A DNA stretch of 64,000 bases from contig NMRA01000426.1 of assembly GCA_002633005.1 (NCBI GenBank), positions 108,107-172,106 on the forward strand. Reading direction: 5' to 3'. The position numbers were made by a program, and so were the translations under genes. Origin of the DNA: Phoronis australis. Its lineage: Eukaryota > Animalia > Phoronida. The notes below the pieces were generated by a model that was not told the origin of the DNA, did not search any database, and worked only from the letters and a program-made list of their open reading frames with translations. Shown here piece after piece: positions 24,401 through 64,000 of the stretch; the first letter of the stretch is position 1, and each line of letters begins with the position of its first letter.

Positions 24401-25655
24401 GCTACTTTGAAGTGTGCGCACGTGAGTTCACGCACTTGAATCGCTGGACGAGACCTACACTTTACGTTGGCAATAACATGTGACAGATGACTTGTATGTC
24501 GCGCACGTAAACCCTGAAACAAGTAGGCCTAAAGGCAACCCAAAAACTACTTTGCTGAAAGCAGAGACGTGGCCGTCATTTGGCGATCGTCTGCCAGGAC
24601 TGCTTGCATGTTAAACAATGGGACCGACAAGTGCTGCTGTGCGATCAGGGATATTGACGTGGATATTTGATAATAAGGACATTTTATATGTATGTGAAAA
24701 ACTTTCTTCGGTGCATCCAGAAATTTGCAAACATAGCCGAAAATGTTAGCCAATGAAACATGTCAAAGATCAATTCTGCATTATCCCATGTTCACGCGAC
24801 ATGCTTACATGTACAAGTCTTCAGTAGGGCTGTTCTCGGTTAGCGTTCTTTTGAACTTGATTTGGCAACAGCCTAATAACGGTCAGATTCACACGAGTTG
24901 CTTTATATTTGCAAGGTAACTGTGTAAAAACTCAGCTTGCATAGGTTGGAAATCCCAGGTCGCATTTTACTTCTTAATGCGAGCTGGGGAAAATCTCAGC
25001 TCGCATTTACCAATTTCAGGTTGCAAATACGACCTGCAGCTCGTTATGTCGAGCCCTGAATGGAAAGAGAGTGATTGCAGCACAGTGCAATTCCTTGCAT
25101 GTTCTTCTCTTTCTCTTTACTGGCTCAGGTTCACAATGTTCTCACTAGGTGGTGTTCCTGATGTTGAGCATAAATTCATTAAAAAATGTTATTGAACTGC
25201 AACACCGAAGAAGAAGGATGCTCCCTGGTGGCCATTGCCTGTGTGAGAGATCAGAGTTGATATGGATGTATAGTGACTGAGCCGAGATGATTTTCTTCTG
25301 TCAATCAACAAGATGTATTGATGAAAAACTTTTATTTCTGATAAATCATGATAATAAAATGAAATAAATTTCATAAAATCCAAAATATAATAATCACACT
25401 GTATAGTAAAGTACAAAATTAATGACTTTTGTTTGATTAAAAACTGTTTATTATCTTAGTTCACAAAGATGAGAGGATTCGAATTAATTTTCAACATCAT
25501 CGTGATATATAACTTATTTTACAGAGTTGAAAATTGCAGAAATATTCCAGCACAACACATACCTTGTAAGGTAGAGAGTTACCCAAAATCTGAACAACCT
25601 CCTCCAACTTCTTCACATTACCAGTAACAAATGTGATTATCTTTCGTTGGTCCAT
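21480..25655 (-). CDS. ITPA: Inosine triphosphate pyrophosphatase (ITPase, HAM1 family), ~192 aa, 3 coding exons
   Basis: Exons 25563-25655 ([20 protein letters not shown]..), 22900-23092 ([33 protein letters not shown]), 21480-21772 (..[21 protein letters not shown]). Phases match. Probable non-coding first exon with donor at 27126; AATAAA at ~21365. Confidence 0.97.
21798..21896. repeat. Short tandem repeat of aactattactacttgaac-like units next to the ITPA last-exon acceptor
   Basis: About five degenerate copies, directly visible. Confidence 0.7.
23129..25058. mobile_element. Probable non-autonomous hAT-like element in an ITPA intron
   Basis: Imperfect inverted ends caggactcggcg / tgtcgagccctg and repeated subterminal caggtcgcatttt motifs at both ends; TSD not clear. 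Confidence 0.45.
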
Positions 25656-26057
25656 GCTAGTACCTGGAAAAAACATTAAGACTGGAGGTTGAGGCAGATA
25701 TTCTCACAGGCCTGCGTGGTCAAACATATAACAAGCACACATAAATACACAGGGTCTTCACACACCTGAGGGGAAAGGTGACTGTGCCCTCTTAGAGGGG
25801 AATTATTTGGTTGACAGGAAATACCCCCATCAAAACCAGTTCCATCGATCCTCGGGTCACCACCCCTTGTCCACAATGCTTTAAGTAGCCAAACTATCAT
25901 TTCATAACAAAAAACATCCCATTTGGTTTCAACTCCAGATGACAAATTTTTCTAAATCAATAGTTGTCTAGATATCATTCCGATGCTGTTTTGTCTGACA
26001 TCACAACTAGCAGGCCTTTTATCTACCATGGTTCGAAGAGGTACTGAAACCATTTAT

Positions 26058-26871
26058 CAATGGGGTGTGGCCGTGGGGGAGGGGGCATGAGATGTTCTCC
26101 CCTTCAGTGACTTAAGTTACCAGCACCTAGCTTCTTTGTTAACTGCCAAGCATAGTCTTTTGTCTGGTATGACAACAGGCAGGCCAATTAGCTACCAGAC
26201 CTATTACAGACCAAGTGTTAACATGATCAAACCCAGAGTGAATTGGTACCTTTGGAAAGACTAGATAGTCGTAACTTCGGTTGTAGTTGGGCGATTGTGG
26301 CTATATTCAAAAACTAAACATGATATCAGAATTTGACGAAAAACTCAGAAATACTATTGGATTATGTTCAAATACGTTAAAATTTAACTTTTATTTTTAA
26401 CGGCACAGCCCAGTCAGGCTATTATATGATCTTATTGCAGATTAAAGCATCAAACAATAGAGAGCTGACCCTCCAACCACCAATGCCAGAATGGAGTTTC
26501 GTGTAAGACATTGGCTACAGGGGTGCTGTTCCCAATTTGTTGTTGCACTATAGAATCGAACAAGCTGGGAGCAATGGGAGAACGCCGTAATGGGGGGGCA
26601 GGTGCGCCAGTCACTGAGAGAATTGGTCCTGGCGCAGCACGTCTGATGGTTTTCATCCACCAGGTTAGTAGCAATATGGAGGAATTTCATTATCAGTGCA
26701 ATGTTGTCTCCAACATGACAACAAATTGAGATGCCCGTGAAAAACCAAGAAAACACCAGGGCAGAGTATTAGCCAGGATTTTGCCCGTCAGGCACTTGCA
26801 CCCCCGAACTCGTCAAATGGAATCTGGGAGACTATTGGGGGGGGGGGNGCTCTCTTCTAAATCCGCCACTG
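26058..26871. mobile_element. MITE-like repeat with cagtggcggat-type terminus (host of the nested element)
   Basis: Ends ctaaatccgccactg; 26757-26830 matches ~63921-63993; a similar terminus tagatcctccactg is at ~5449-5462. Confidence 0.5.
26086..26592. mobile_element. Second copy of the CAT...ATG TIR element, nested in a G-run of another repeat
   Basis: Colinear homology with 6735-7273; ends gggagaacgccgtaatg. Confidence 0.75.
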
Positions 26872-27226
26872 GTCACTGTCTAGCAGCAGTAAGACTCAGT
26901 AAGACTCAATAAGTAAGACTAGTGCCTGTGTCGCATTCAGTTTGAACCCTGAATTCAGTGACTTTAGTTGTAGTTAGGTAAGTTAGGTATACGACCAGTG
27001 CATTCGATTCGCCATCAGGGACAACTACTTCATTCGACCAATGTCCCTGGTGGATGGGTCAGTTAAGTTAGGAATCCTTTAATCGCGTCACACAACTTAC
27101 CGGACGAAACACACTTCTTTCTTACCTTGCAAGCGGATGTCGCGAAATACCACAGACACGCGGTAACCTGGTAACCTGGGAACGTAAGAGCGCTACACGC
27201 CAACAGTGTAATAGCAGAGACCGTAG

Positions 27227-27297
27227 CTCGCTGGTTCCCTGCGTGCTTAGCCCAGCCAGCCACCGCCCCATCTAGCGGCACGCAGGGAACCAGCGAG
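27227..27297. mobile_element. 71-bp MULE-like micro-MITE, copy 2 (inverted), just upstream of the putative ITPA first exon
   Basis: Same 20-bp TIRs; exact 9-bp TSD agaccgtag at 27218-27226 and 27298-27306. Confidence 0.9.
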
Positions 27298-30200
27298 AGA
27301 CCGTAGTCTTTATTAATGCCAGTAGGGGCGCAGTGCGAAAGGGCTCTTGAGTTGTAAAAAAATCACGCGCAAGCAGGGGCAAATTAAAAGATATCGGGGT
27401 TCACTCACCAACATTGTCGACAACTTGTATGAGGTATATGGGATTTCCAGGGGTTCGCTTTCATGGCAAAAGTTGCTGAAATTTGTTGGGAAATCAGGCC
27501 GCTGGGGCCGAGTCGGCAGAAAAGTGGCCCGTAGGCCTACTCGAAACTGGCTGCCGGGTAGCGGCGACGGGCATGATAAGCCGGCCGGGATAAGATATTT
27601 GGAGAAATCTCATGGATTTCTTCAAAGTCACATATGCGGTCAGCCCAACCAGTTCTCTATCCACATTCCAGTCTCACTAGGGTAGGCCTACTCACACTGA
27701 ATAGAGTGACCCTATTCACTAGGTCACCGTGACAGACTGAGGGAATGTTTCTTATCATATCATTTCTACCATAGAAGGCTTGAAATTTTTTATCAACCGC
27801 CAAAATGTTCTTGAATCATTTGAGGCACTTGCGTTCACAGCTGTCCATACACCTCGTTCTCATGTTACGTAGTTTTCTTAGATCTACTCATTTTTTAAAT
27901 TCGTGTTTAGTTTCAAGATTGCTACGTCATTCACTGTAGCGGCTCGTGCATTCCCTTAACAGGCTTTTTTCTTCTATTTAATATAAATTCCAAATCAAAA
28001 ACATTTTGGAGTAAATTTTCTTCTTTCGTCCCTTCTGATAATGAGCCCGCTTTTCCAAGTTCACCAGAACTTGAAAAAGCTCATGTGGAGAATTTCTCGC
28101 TTACCGGCACTGGTGACAGGTCTGATTCCACTCCAGACAACTTACGATGCCTGACGCCCTTTGTATTGATGTAGATCTGAGCTAATGAAGTGGAAAAGTA
28201 ATTTCTAACATCACTGTCTCAACAACAGTGTTGTTTGGTTTCCCGGGAACGGGTTGATAACTTTTTATCTAAGTTTTGAACTTGAAGTACCAAAACAGTG
28301 GTAGATTTTGATCACCTGCTCAACTTAATTAGTTATATTGTGAGCCCATCCCTAAACTTACCACAATACAGGTACACTAAACATTCCACGTGTCATTAAA
28401 GTTTAATCATTATTAGAACTCAAATCATAAAATATATACAAAAGTGCAAATATGGTGAAAACCAAACTGAAGATTTGGAATCTCTGGACAATTTCGGTAG
28501 AACTGACTTTATAACTATTCTAGCTCTTTGTCAGTAAAATGAAAAGTGGACACAACAACTGTTTCCTGGTCAAAATCTGGTTAAACGAAATTGAAAGAAT
28601 ATTAAAAAAATGAATCCATGTGATATTATTAATTCTGATCAGCGCTTGTATATCCACCGAATATTTCAATACACGCGGTAGTTTATCTTCAATCGTACCC
28701 AGTGGTTTTAGTTTTCAGATTATTAGTTCATCGAGTTTTAAAAATCGAAAGCCGTATTTGGTTGTTTTTGTTTCCAGCTGAATACCGCCGTGGTGTTCGT
28801 TTATAATGAAAATTAGTGGTTAATGCATTTTGAAAAGTCGCCATTATGTACAGTCAGAGATGTCTAATACAATTTATGGTCGGATAATTACATTTAATTG
28901 GGCCCTGCTCGCATCGGGCAATGCGGTCATCACAAATGTACCTGATTCCGGCGCCGCGCTCTCTTTGATTGTGGTGCAAGCCGCTCAGAAAGACGAGCGG
29001 TGAAAATTCCCGCATATCTTTGGAAATGCGTGACTTCCTTGTAATCGTATTATTCGCGGTATGTTACTTGCAATAGCCAGGTTATTCGTCAGTATCTACC
29101 TCCTCAGTCATTTCTTTTGGGGTGTCGCAAAGTAATTGCTTCCAACAAAACTATATAAAAAAGTCTATATTTTCACGATTCCAAAGTTATCTAATATAGC
29201 CTTCATAATTCTAAGAATCTCGTTCCTTGTCTCAGTTAGCAAAATGAACTTACAGGGAAATGTTTTCCACAATCAATTATTAGTAATTACGGTTCACAGT
29301 GACTTCAAATGACAATACATTATTAAACAAATGGTGCCTTTGCCTGTACATGATAAATATTTGCATTGACCTGATAAACCGTTTTTTCCTACCACTTAGT
29401 GTGACAAGGTTATTTGTTATACACATCTTGACCAAAGTTTTGCCAAAATTATTTACAACGCTATCGACACCGAGGCAGAAGGTGAAATACGAACAGAAGT
29501 CGTCAGGGAATCATCCAGGCTCTGGTTTTTCCATTTTGTTTTGGGATAAGAAAACCGATGGAAACCATAAAATCTGAATAGAGGAATAGAAATTTGACTG
29601 TATGAGTTTTGAATTTTCAAAATTGGACAAGTTTAGCGATTTTGTCAACAAAAACCCAATCCTTGTGCTATGAATTGGAAATGAGTTTCCAGCATGGTAT
29701 CAGCTAATTATATGCATAACTGACAAAGATAATCTTTGTCACTGACAATAGAAGCTGAGCCTGAAAGAATGTGAATAAAACCAGTTGTGCCAGTGGAGTG
29801 ATTTGTTTCACCCCGTTCGTACGTCTCGTCCCCGAATCAGTGCCTTGTCAACCTTCTTTGTGTAAAGATTTTATGGAAGCCGATGAGGAGCCACCAGCTA
29901 AACATAATCTAATCGTAATTGAAAGGATACATTTTTGATGGCCGCATAGTTGGACGTGATTTTCGGAGACTGATTCCGTTGTATTAATGAATTTTATTTA
30001 CAAGTGCTCTATAGATATCAGTTCATCCCCAAGTGGGCCAATACAGCATTTACAGATAAAAATAATTCCGATCACTATATTTTAAAACGGCAATAAACCC
30101 ATGTTTTCTGGGCACGGAACCAAGTTGTGAAATTGGCGGGCGGAAATTCGGATCTTGTCTTAGTAGTGATCTCTGAGCTAGGAAAATTTTCCCAGACCAA

Positions 30201-31792
30201 ACCCATAAAATACAGGTCACGTGATCTGAACGATGACCTTCATCTGACTAATTTTGACAATGCAGTAACTTGAGACCACTTTAACTATGGTAAGTAGTCT
30301 TAATGAAAACTTGCTTTTGACAGAAAAATGTGGGTTTATTTACCTCGCAAATAACATTTTGTGATTTTCAAGGGTGTTTCCTGTGCCGACGATTTTCTAA
30401 GCAACTGTCGTATTGATGTGTCAATTTTTAGTTTTGATAGACCAACAGTACCAACGCCACCATCAATTCCCTCAAGGCAAGCTCACTTTTTGGGAAAAGC
30501 AAAACGCAATACGAAATTCAAAATGTGGAAACTTCTCTGATGGAGAAACGTCCTCTAAACAAGTTTCAGCAAAAAATGTCGATTTGCAACTGCCTCTTTC
30601 TTAACTTACCTGAGTGACAAAATTTTTCAAAACTAAAGTTCTATGTGACAACCAATTGGAGTGCTTTAAGGTTTTACAACAGGTTTAAGTCAGTTTGTAG
30701 CAGTGATAGCTGTAATATACTTTGTTTCTTAAAATGACCAGAAATAAAAATGTCCAACTAGAAAGTATAAAATAAAATATATTTAGCATAAACAAACGAG
30801 GGATCATAGTAACAATTGAATGCAAAATCACAAAATGTTGACAAAGATAACATAGAAAACAGTAGTAGTGAACAAATGTAACAATCTGTTGTAATGTTTT
30901 GATTTATTTAGAAACTAGAGACCTAAATTAGAGACCTAAACAAGCACCATTAAAACTGCTTTGCCTAAAACATTTGGCGAGTGAACTATAACTTACTGCC
31001 ACAGGCTACATCATGACGCTCTGACTAGAAGTTATCTCTCTTGAACGAACTACATAAACTACAGCCATGATGATGTAATAGGTAAAGACTAGTGAAGCCC
31101 AGGAGTAACAAGGTGATAGTGGTGAGGTAAAACTAATTAGGAAGCACATACACTGAAAGGTGACCTTCCAACTCTTTATTTCTAACTTAGAACGGCCAAT
31201 GGGACTCCTATAACACCACATTTCACAACAAAAATTTATACCACAATGGTACAGGAACATATGAAAGTTGAGACCAATTTCAATGTAATATAAACAAGAG
31301 TAAATGAACCAGACTACAACTATTCTACTCTAGTTAGGATACCAACTATTATTTAGATATCAACTACCATATCTGATCAAGATATTCATCAGTGAAAACA
31401 AAGTTCACAGTTGATCTAATTGAATACTGTATAACCCTCAACACTATAACTATCTGTAGTACACCTGCACCCTAACATCTGATTATTCCGCTGTTTTTCA
31501 ACCTACACACCTGAGTAGTACACCTGTGCCTAGTTATAGACCATTCCACACAGAATGTCCCAGTCATAGTACACAACAACAGACGGACACATTACTGTTA
31601 GTTAACCAAGACTGCATATAGTTAAGTAATGATATAGTTGGGTAGTGACTATCCCCTGGCACATTGTAGATTGCTGCAACAGTTGCAGTACAGCTGCACC
31701 TCCTGAGTCATGCTATTGGCTGGCTAATACTGTTGACACCTCCTGAGAGTCATGCTATTGGCTGGCTGATACTGTTGACCACCTCCTGAGAG

Positions 31793-58215
<26,423 letters not shown>

Positions 58216-58520
58216 ATTTTCAATGAAGCTCAGTTAAATTAAGGTGACTTTGGCGAAGAATTCCAACTCCACTTTTTTCGTCATCGTTAACTTTTTCATC
58301 ACGTGCGCGATAACCACAAAGTATTTCAACTGAGTCACGTGAGTTAGACAAAAGCTAGCACGAGACTGAGCGTAGCGTGTGATGCTGGCGCGCGACACTT
58401 TCAAAATACCATGACACCGAAGGTATCAGGTGAAATTTGTACTACTAAGATTTGCATGTCTTGGACTTTATATGCATCAATATGCGTGATTTCACAACTT
58501 CCTCAAAATGGCACCAGGTA
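58216..58520. promoter_or_regulatory. Putative HELLS promoter, probably bidirectional
   Basis: CpG-rich; two CACGTG E-boxes (~58300, ~58336); E2F-like TGGCGCGC (58386-58393) next to CHR-like TTCAAA (58400-58405); on + strand YY1-like caaaATGgc with ATG GCA CCA G|GTAAG at 58508-58517. Confidence 0.5.
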
Positions 58521-58935
58521 AGAGAAACTAGAGCAAACTGCGACAGATTTTCATCGATTTGTTCAAATTATCTTGACTGAATCATCTCCAGACTTAAGGT
58601 ATGTGTTAATTATAACTCCATGTGCATATATGCATGTTTCACTTGATTTATTTCCTATATTTTGTGGGGATGCACTATCGCCCCTGTATGCCTGCAGCAT
58701 CCACTGATCCAGGGCCATGGCCCATGTAATTGCCTATCTGGTGACACGCAGAACAACTGAACTTGTAGGGAACACGTAGCCCCTCGGTTGGCCAGTTAGG
58801 GGCGACAATACTTCCCATCGCTTTTTGTACACATTTCATTCCATGTATTCTAAACGAGCGGTTGGCCAAATCCAGCCACCAATTTTGAGTTTTACCTCGT
58901 CAAAAATACATTCCATACTTAAAATTATCACTTAA

Positions 58936-60718
58936 GGTAGGTGGATACACAAAAAATTACTTTTCACTGTTTTTAACATTTTTATATCATCCTAATCTTT
59001 AATTCTTGATGCACAGTATACTGAAACAAAATAAAATCATTCTGAAAATCCAAAGTCGTTTTTTTAATTATATTTGACCAAGCTTCAGTAAGTCATATGG
59101 CTTGAGTGCTCACCAGCTCAGTGACTGACAAGTGGGCGGAGCTTATACCAGGACACTAGCTCTAATCTAGCCCTGTCAATAAACATTGCGTAACCGGGCA
59201 ATCGAGAGTGCTGTACCAGCTGATACTGATGTTGTAGCAAGACCAAGAATAAAATAATTATATTTTTGACCATGTGAAAGTTGGTGGTGAAATGGTGAAC
59301 TAGCTCCTGTTCCGAGCCTGAGCCTGTTTGTCCACCTGCAAATAATAAGTTGAGTACGCCAAGTCCTACCGAAGCCATCACTGCACTCAGCTTGAGGAGT
59401 AGCCGCAGAAATTGTGCGTGTGCAAGAGAAGTCTGAAAGGTGAGGTGTCTTGCGAGAGGACACTGAGCGTCGATGTGGGTGGTGTTGCACGATTCGATGA
59501 GAGTGCACATACGCGCTATGAAGACACGCTGTGCGCGCGAGACATGGACAACTACATGCCGTCTGAGTAGAGTTTTGGAGATAAACCGTGCTTCTGTGCT
59601 AGGAACGCGCCATGGAGAAACTAGGCTCTCAAACTCAGGGGATTTTTTTTAACTGAAAGTGCTATTTTCTCATCCCAAAGTCCATTCGGTCAAAATGTTG
59701 AACCATTACGATGAAAGTAGTTCTTTATCCTCGTCGCCAATATTGTTATGTAGACACTAACGCGGCGATTTAATATAACACATATATTGGTTGATGAAGA
59801 GACGGTAACTACATATAATATTGGAATAGGCCAACTAACAAATAGGTCTATATAATACAGTTAGAGAGTCTTTTACCACGCTGAGTGGAGAGTTCAGATG
59901 AGTCGCATAAACAATCAACACATGGTTTTAATGTGTGGTCGGCACACCAGTACAGCAGACAGTAGATCAAAGCTAAGCTCCGCCCACGTGACAGCCATAT
60001 TTGTTTTGGTCGTCTGTCGTGCTTCACAAGTTCGCAAAAATGATTAAAATTACGCTATAAACAAACAGGTATGTCACATTTTCTAAACATGAAGTAACTT
60101 TCAGCTTTATTTCTAGTACATCAACAAAAATTGGAACATAATGACCGCGCATTCTGAACGAATTTTGACCTTAAGTGGCAATCGATGCCCACTTAACTTC
60201 AAAGCCGTTTTCCTCAGCTCGTGATTTCACGTTAGTGACAAGATTCTCTGACCTATTTTTCCGCAACATGTGGGCCAATTTTTACGAAATTTGCAAATTT
60301 GAAATCCTCTAGGACTGAAGCAAAATCGCGTACCAGGGTTTTTTGATATATGGACCAGATCTTTAGTTATTAGACCGAAAGTGACCAAATGACAGAAAGT
60401 GGCGTGTTTGCCCCAACTCACACGCAAAAAAGCCACAAAATCAAGATCATAATGATTTTGTACATATATTTGGTATGGATAAGTAGAATATTGCGTAAGG
60501 AACAGTTGATCATAATCCCTGTGCATTTTGAAAAAAAATTCGAGGTAAAATTGGATTTTTTGAAAACATAAAAAATATGATTTTTTAAAAAAAACGAACT
60601 ACAATAAAAACTTTTTTTTGATTTTTTTCACTTTCAGAGTCATTTCTAACTAGTTAAAACCCCCTTTATACTTATTTTAGATAGGAACCTAGAGATTTGA
60701 ACAGTGCATACACCTACC
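58936..60718. mobile_element. Non-autonomous Kolobok-like DNA transposon
   Basis: TTAA TSD (58932-35, 60719-22); RR...YY ends with TIR ggtaggtggatacac / ggtaggtgtatgcac; flanks rejoin to match the paralogous empty site at ~58160-58175. Confidence 0.8.
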
Positions 60719-60722
60719 TTAA

Positions 60723-61174
60723 AAAAGCGCTTACTTTCTTCATCGGTCCTTTCTACTTCTAAACATATCTTCGATGAAGTTTAGCTGTGAGAACTAAGGT
60801 GACTTTGGTCAAGAGTTCACGCGCGTGACAACCACAAAGTATGTCAACTGAGTCATGTGAGTAAGGCAAAGGCTAGCGCAAGACTGAGTGAAGCGCGTGA
60901 TGCCAGCACGTGACACTTGCAAAATAACATGAGAAGGTATCAGGTGAAATTTGTAAGATTTGTGTCCCTTGTACTTTTTATTCGTCAACATGCATGATTA
61001 CATGTTACTTGCTCAAAATGGCACCCGGTAAGAGAAACTCGAGCAAACCGCGACAGATTTTCATCGATTTGTTCAAATTATCTTTACTAAATCGTCTCCA
61101 GACTTATGCTTTGAGTAGTTTATAACTCCATGTGCATATATAAATGTTTCATTTGATTTTATTTCCTGTATTTT
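60723..61174 (-). pseudogene. Diverged duplicate of HELLS exon 1 and promoter
   Basis: Colinear with ~58168-58664; a 5-bp deletion after the ATG frameshifts it (MFRSRKDR*). Confidence 0.7.
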
Positions 61175-61352
61175 GAAATAAGTAATTTTTTGTGAGTATG
61201 TATCGTCCGGTTACCTATTTTCGTCAGGCTCCAAAGTTCGTCCGCCATCTTGTTTCGCGTGCAGCGCAACCACGCGGGACTTAGCGTTCCAATTTGGAGT
61301 TCTCGTCTGCACGTTAGGTACTAACTTATCGGAAGAGACACGTATCAAAGTA

Positions 61353-61367
61353 ATGAGACAAAAATCG
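61353..61367 (+). other. Candidate first coding exon of a divergent plus-strand gene (MRQKS|GTGAGT)
   Basis: Consensus donor TCG|GTGAGT downstream of a CpG-rich segment with ccgccatctt (YY1-like); no downstream exon identified in the window. Confidence 0.3.
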
Positions 61368-62498
61368 GTGAGTTTACCGATTGTTTTTTAAAACCACTTA
61401 AAAATCAGTAGATTTTACTAATACACTTTTTTGTGCGTTTTCAGAAGATGTTTTCGAATTTAAATTTTCTTCCGACGGGACACAAAACATGATCCAGGGT
61501 TTGTTTATGCAATGTATCTGTTTGTCCCAGGCACTAGTAGGATCTAGAAGGCCAAAGGAAAAATCCGCAGACAAATGCGATACGCTGGGTTCTTAACATT
61601 TTTGCCTCACGTTCACCATTAAACTGCATTGAAATGTTGACCAATTGGCTTTTATTGGAAACCACAGTGCAGAGCTCAACATCAAAGCTTCAAATCGAGT
61701 TTATGTCAATAAAAACAGGCTGTTGCAATTTTCATTACTTCGTTGGCCTTTTTCTGCATGTTTCTCAGTTTTTACAAAAGGGGGCAGCATATGACGAACT
61801 TAGGTGTCACAATAAAATGGCTGCCGAAGGCAGTGCACATTTGAAATAACTCGGCACAAATTAAAGAAAACTTCCGAATCGATGAATGCGGTATATCTGT
61901 GAGAGTTAAATCGAATCCTATTCAGATCATAACTTTGAAGTGGAATAATTCGGTGAGTACAACAGCAAGTCGGTTTTATGCTTAGGCGGACGAACATTGG
62001 GCTCCCCAGTATACTATCCTAATCGCCCCGGTCTTATGCCTGCGGCATCCAGGGAGATGTAATTGCCTACTGAACTTGCTGTTATCGAGTGGAACTACAC
62101 CACCTAATTAGATACAAAATACGTTGTTTTTTGGAGATATAAATAAACCAATCACACAAAGTCAAGAGCTCAGACATTATGAACCAAGAACGCAGGTCAC
62201 GTTGAGCACACCCTCTGCAAGTTCGCCATTTTTAAAGTCATGAAACACATTCACCAACTTCGTTACGTTACTCGTCAAATTTTACATTTCGAGCCCTCAA
62301 CTGGACGAAAAAATTGTCAAAGCAAGAACTGTATGTTGGATAGATGTGAGTTTACACAATACTCACATATCCGATTCCAAAATGCTGGGCATCTCCAAAT
62401 GAATTATGTAAAAGCTTGGCTTTACGCAACAACTTTCTTGTGATTTTCCCGCCAAGTCAACATCCACCAGGTGGCGAGCACAGCGCTCTGTGTGAACT

Positions 62499-62555
62499 CT
62501 CGCTAGTTCCCTGCGTGCCGCTAGGTGAGGCGGTAGCCGCGCAAGGACCAGCGAG
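62499..62555. mobile_element. Degenerate third copy of the MULE-like micro-MITE
   Basis: ctcgctagttccctgcgtgccgctag..gcggtagccgcgc..accagcgag; internal deletion; TSD eroded. Confidence 0.7.
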
Positions 62556-63882
62556 TGCGATTTAAACCTGGTTCCCGGGCCTCACACGCTGACGTCACGG
62601 ATAACTTGTGTACCAATCTGGAGGGTATCTCAATCGCGTATGCCGTGAACTTGGAATTGAAATGTTCATTTGAGCAACCAGGTGAATTTTTTGTTCGTTG
62701 TAAAGAAGGGGCCTCAGCTCTGCTTGCAAGCGTACAAAGTGAGATCTTAGTTATGACAGTAAGATAACGAGTGCTCCTCTGACCTCATTAACTGTCCCTT
62801 GGTAAAAAGAATTTCCACTACACTTAGCAACATGGGTCCGTATACGGCTTGAGTTCTGCCTAGAGGCCTGGAAATAGTTAATGTGAACTACCACTATGGG
62901 GCCATTTTTTCACAAATAAATAAAATGACAGGATTTAAGGTAAAGAACACAGACTTTCTTACTTTGCATCGCTCGGGATTCAGTTGCCAGCGTACAAAAA
63001 TTCTTCTCTCACGTGTAAGTTTGCAAAAGGAGACCAACCCCCGCTCCCACATTCAGTCAAACCGTTCCCTTTCCTCCCGCCAGGCACTGCCTTAGATAAA
63101 CCGCGGCGCTCAGCCGATAAATTTAGAGATTTTTTTTTCTCTCACGCACGCTTGACCCTCTCATTCAAATTTTCCCGATCCAACTGAGGCAGCACCACAG
63201 ATTTCGCTTCTCAGTCACGGACATATAATATTCTTCGCTCGGCGGAACACTGAACTTGAACCATCCCATCCTCCCACACATATTCTTGGCCTGCACACCA
63301 TTACTTTATTACTTTCTCTGCCTAATTGGCATAACGTGAAGCCGAGCGGCGCACCATGGGGGCTGCCAGTGAGGCATAGCCCCCTCCACATATTTCAGTG
63401 CTGCACCGACCGGCATGATGTATGCGCGCACCCAGCCTTCAATTTGGGGGGCTCGAATTCAAGTCGTGGACCTTAAAACAGCGGGCGGATTAAAAAAAGG
63501 GGAGCACCACTGTGAAGTGCGCGTTCGCGCTTTTAGTGGTATTTTGTCCAGTTATCTCGGACTTTTTGCGCTAGTAGGCGGACCTTTTTTTACCTACTTG
63601 CCAGATATGGGGGGGGGGGGAGGCTCCTTTGAGCCCCCCGGCGTGCCCCACCTGGGTGCGCGCGTGATGCTGAAAAAGCAAGGCATGCAGATTTCTTTTG
63701 CCTCGAGCTACTCAGGCGAGCATGAACTTCTTTGCTCAGTCGCGCGCGCTATTCCTCTCTCCTGCATGCAAATCGTCCATCCGCATCACATTGTCGATTG
63801 CGTCAGCAGGAGACAATTCTGGCAGCGGATATCTATCGATCGCACAGAGACTAGTTCCCGCCGGGGAACCAGCTAACCCTAA

Positions 63883-64000
63883 CCAGGGGCGGTACCAGGA
63901 TTTTGAGTTAGAGGCGGGGGGCAGGGCAGAATATTAGCCAGGATTTTGCACATCAGACATTCGCATTCCGAACTGCCAAATGGAATCTGGGAGAAATTTA
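63883..64000. mobile_element. Left end of a caggggcgg-type MITE related to 26058-26871
   Basis: caggggcggtaccaggatttt start; shares cagggcagaatattagccaggattttgc..aaatggaatctgggag with 26757-26830. Confidence 0.55.

Noticed and set aside
29735-29905. Possible solo LTR end (aataaa ... aaca)
   Set aside because: No matching TG start with TSD found.

Overview
Eukaryotic (intron-rich, invertebrate-like animal) genomic DNA, with two multi-base N gaps and signs of uncollapsed haplotypes. Three spliced protein-coding genes can be reconstructed exon by exon, all on the minus strand: a myophilin/transgelin (calponin-homology) muscle protein gene (13011-18760), ITPA (21480-25655) and a roughly 20-exon HELLS/LSH SNF2 helicase gene (31793-58215, N-terminal exon chain uncertain). 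The rest is rich in mobile DNA: a dead RNase H-bearing I-group LINE split by two MITEs, CR1/L2 3' ends, a tRNA-derived SINE, and hAT-, piggyBac-, Kolobok- and MULE-type non-autonomous elements, several with visible TIRs and TSDs. DINE-1/Helentron-like modular elements lie in HELLS introns. Most notable observations: (1) a Penelope-type palindromic insertion carrying two inverted minimal hammerhead ribozymes with a variant GCAA core; (2) tandem duplications seeded exactly on HELLS splice sites and its stop codon, giving arrays of poison or in-frame alternative donors/acceptors; (3) Helentron-like core repeats laying down about 30 co-oriented CTCF-consensus motifs at ~145-bp pitch; (4) a tandemly duplicated, apparently bidirectional HELLS promoter whose two copies show reciprocal decay. 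All calls were read by eye; no database searches were run.
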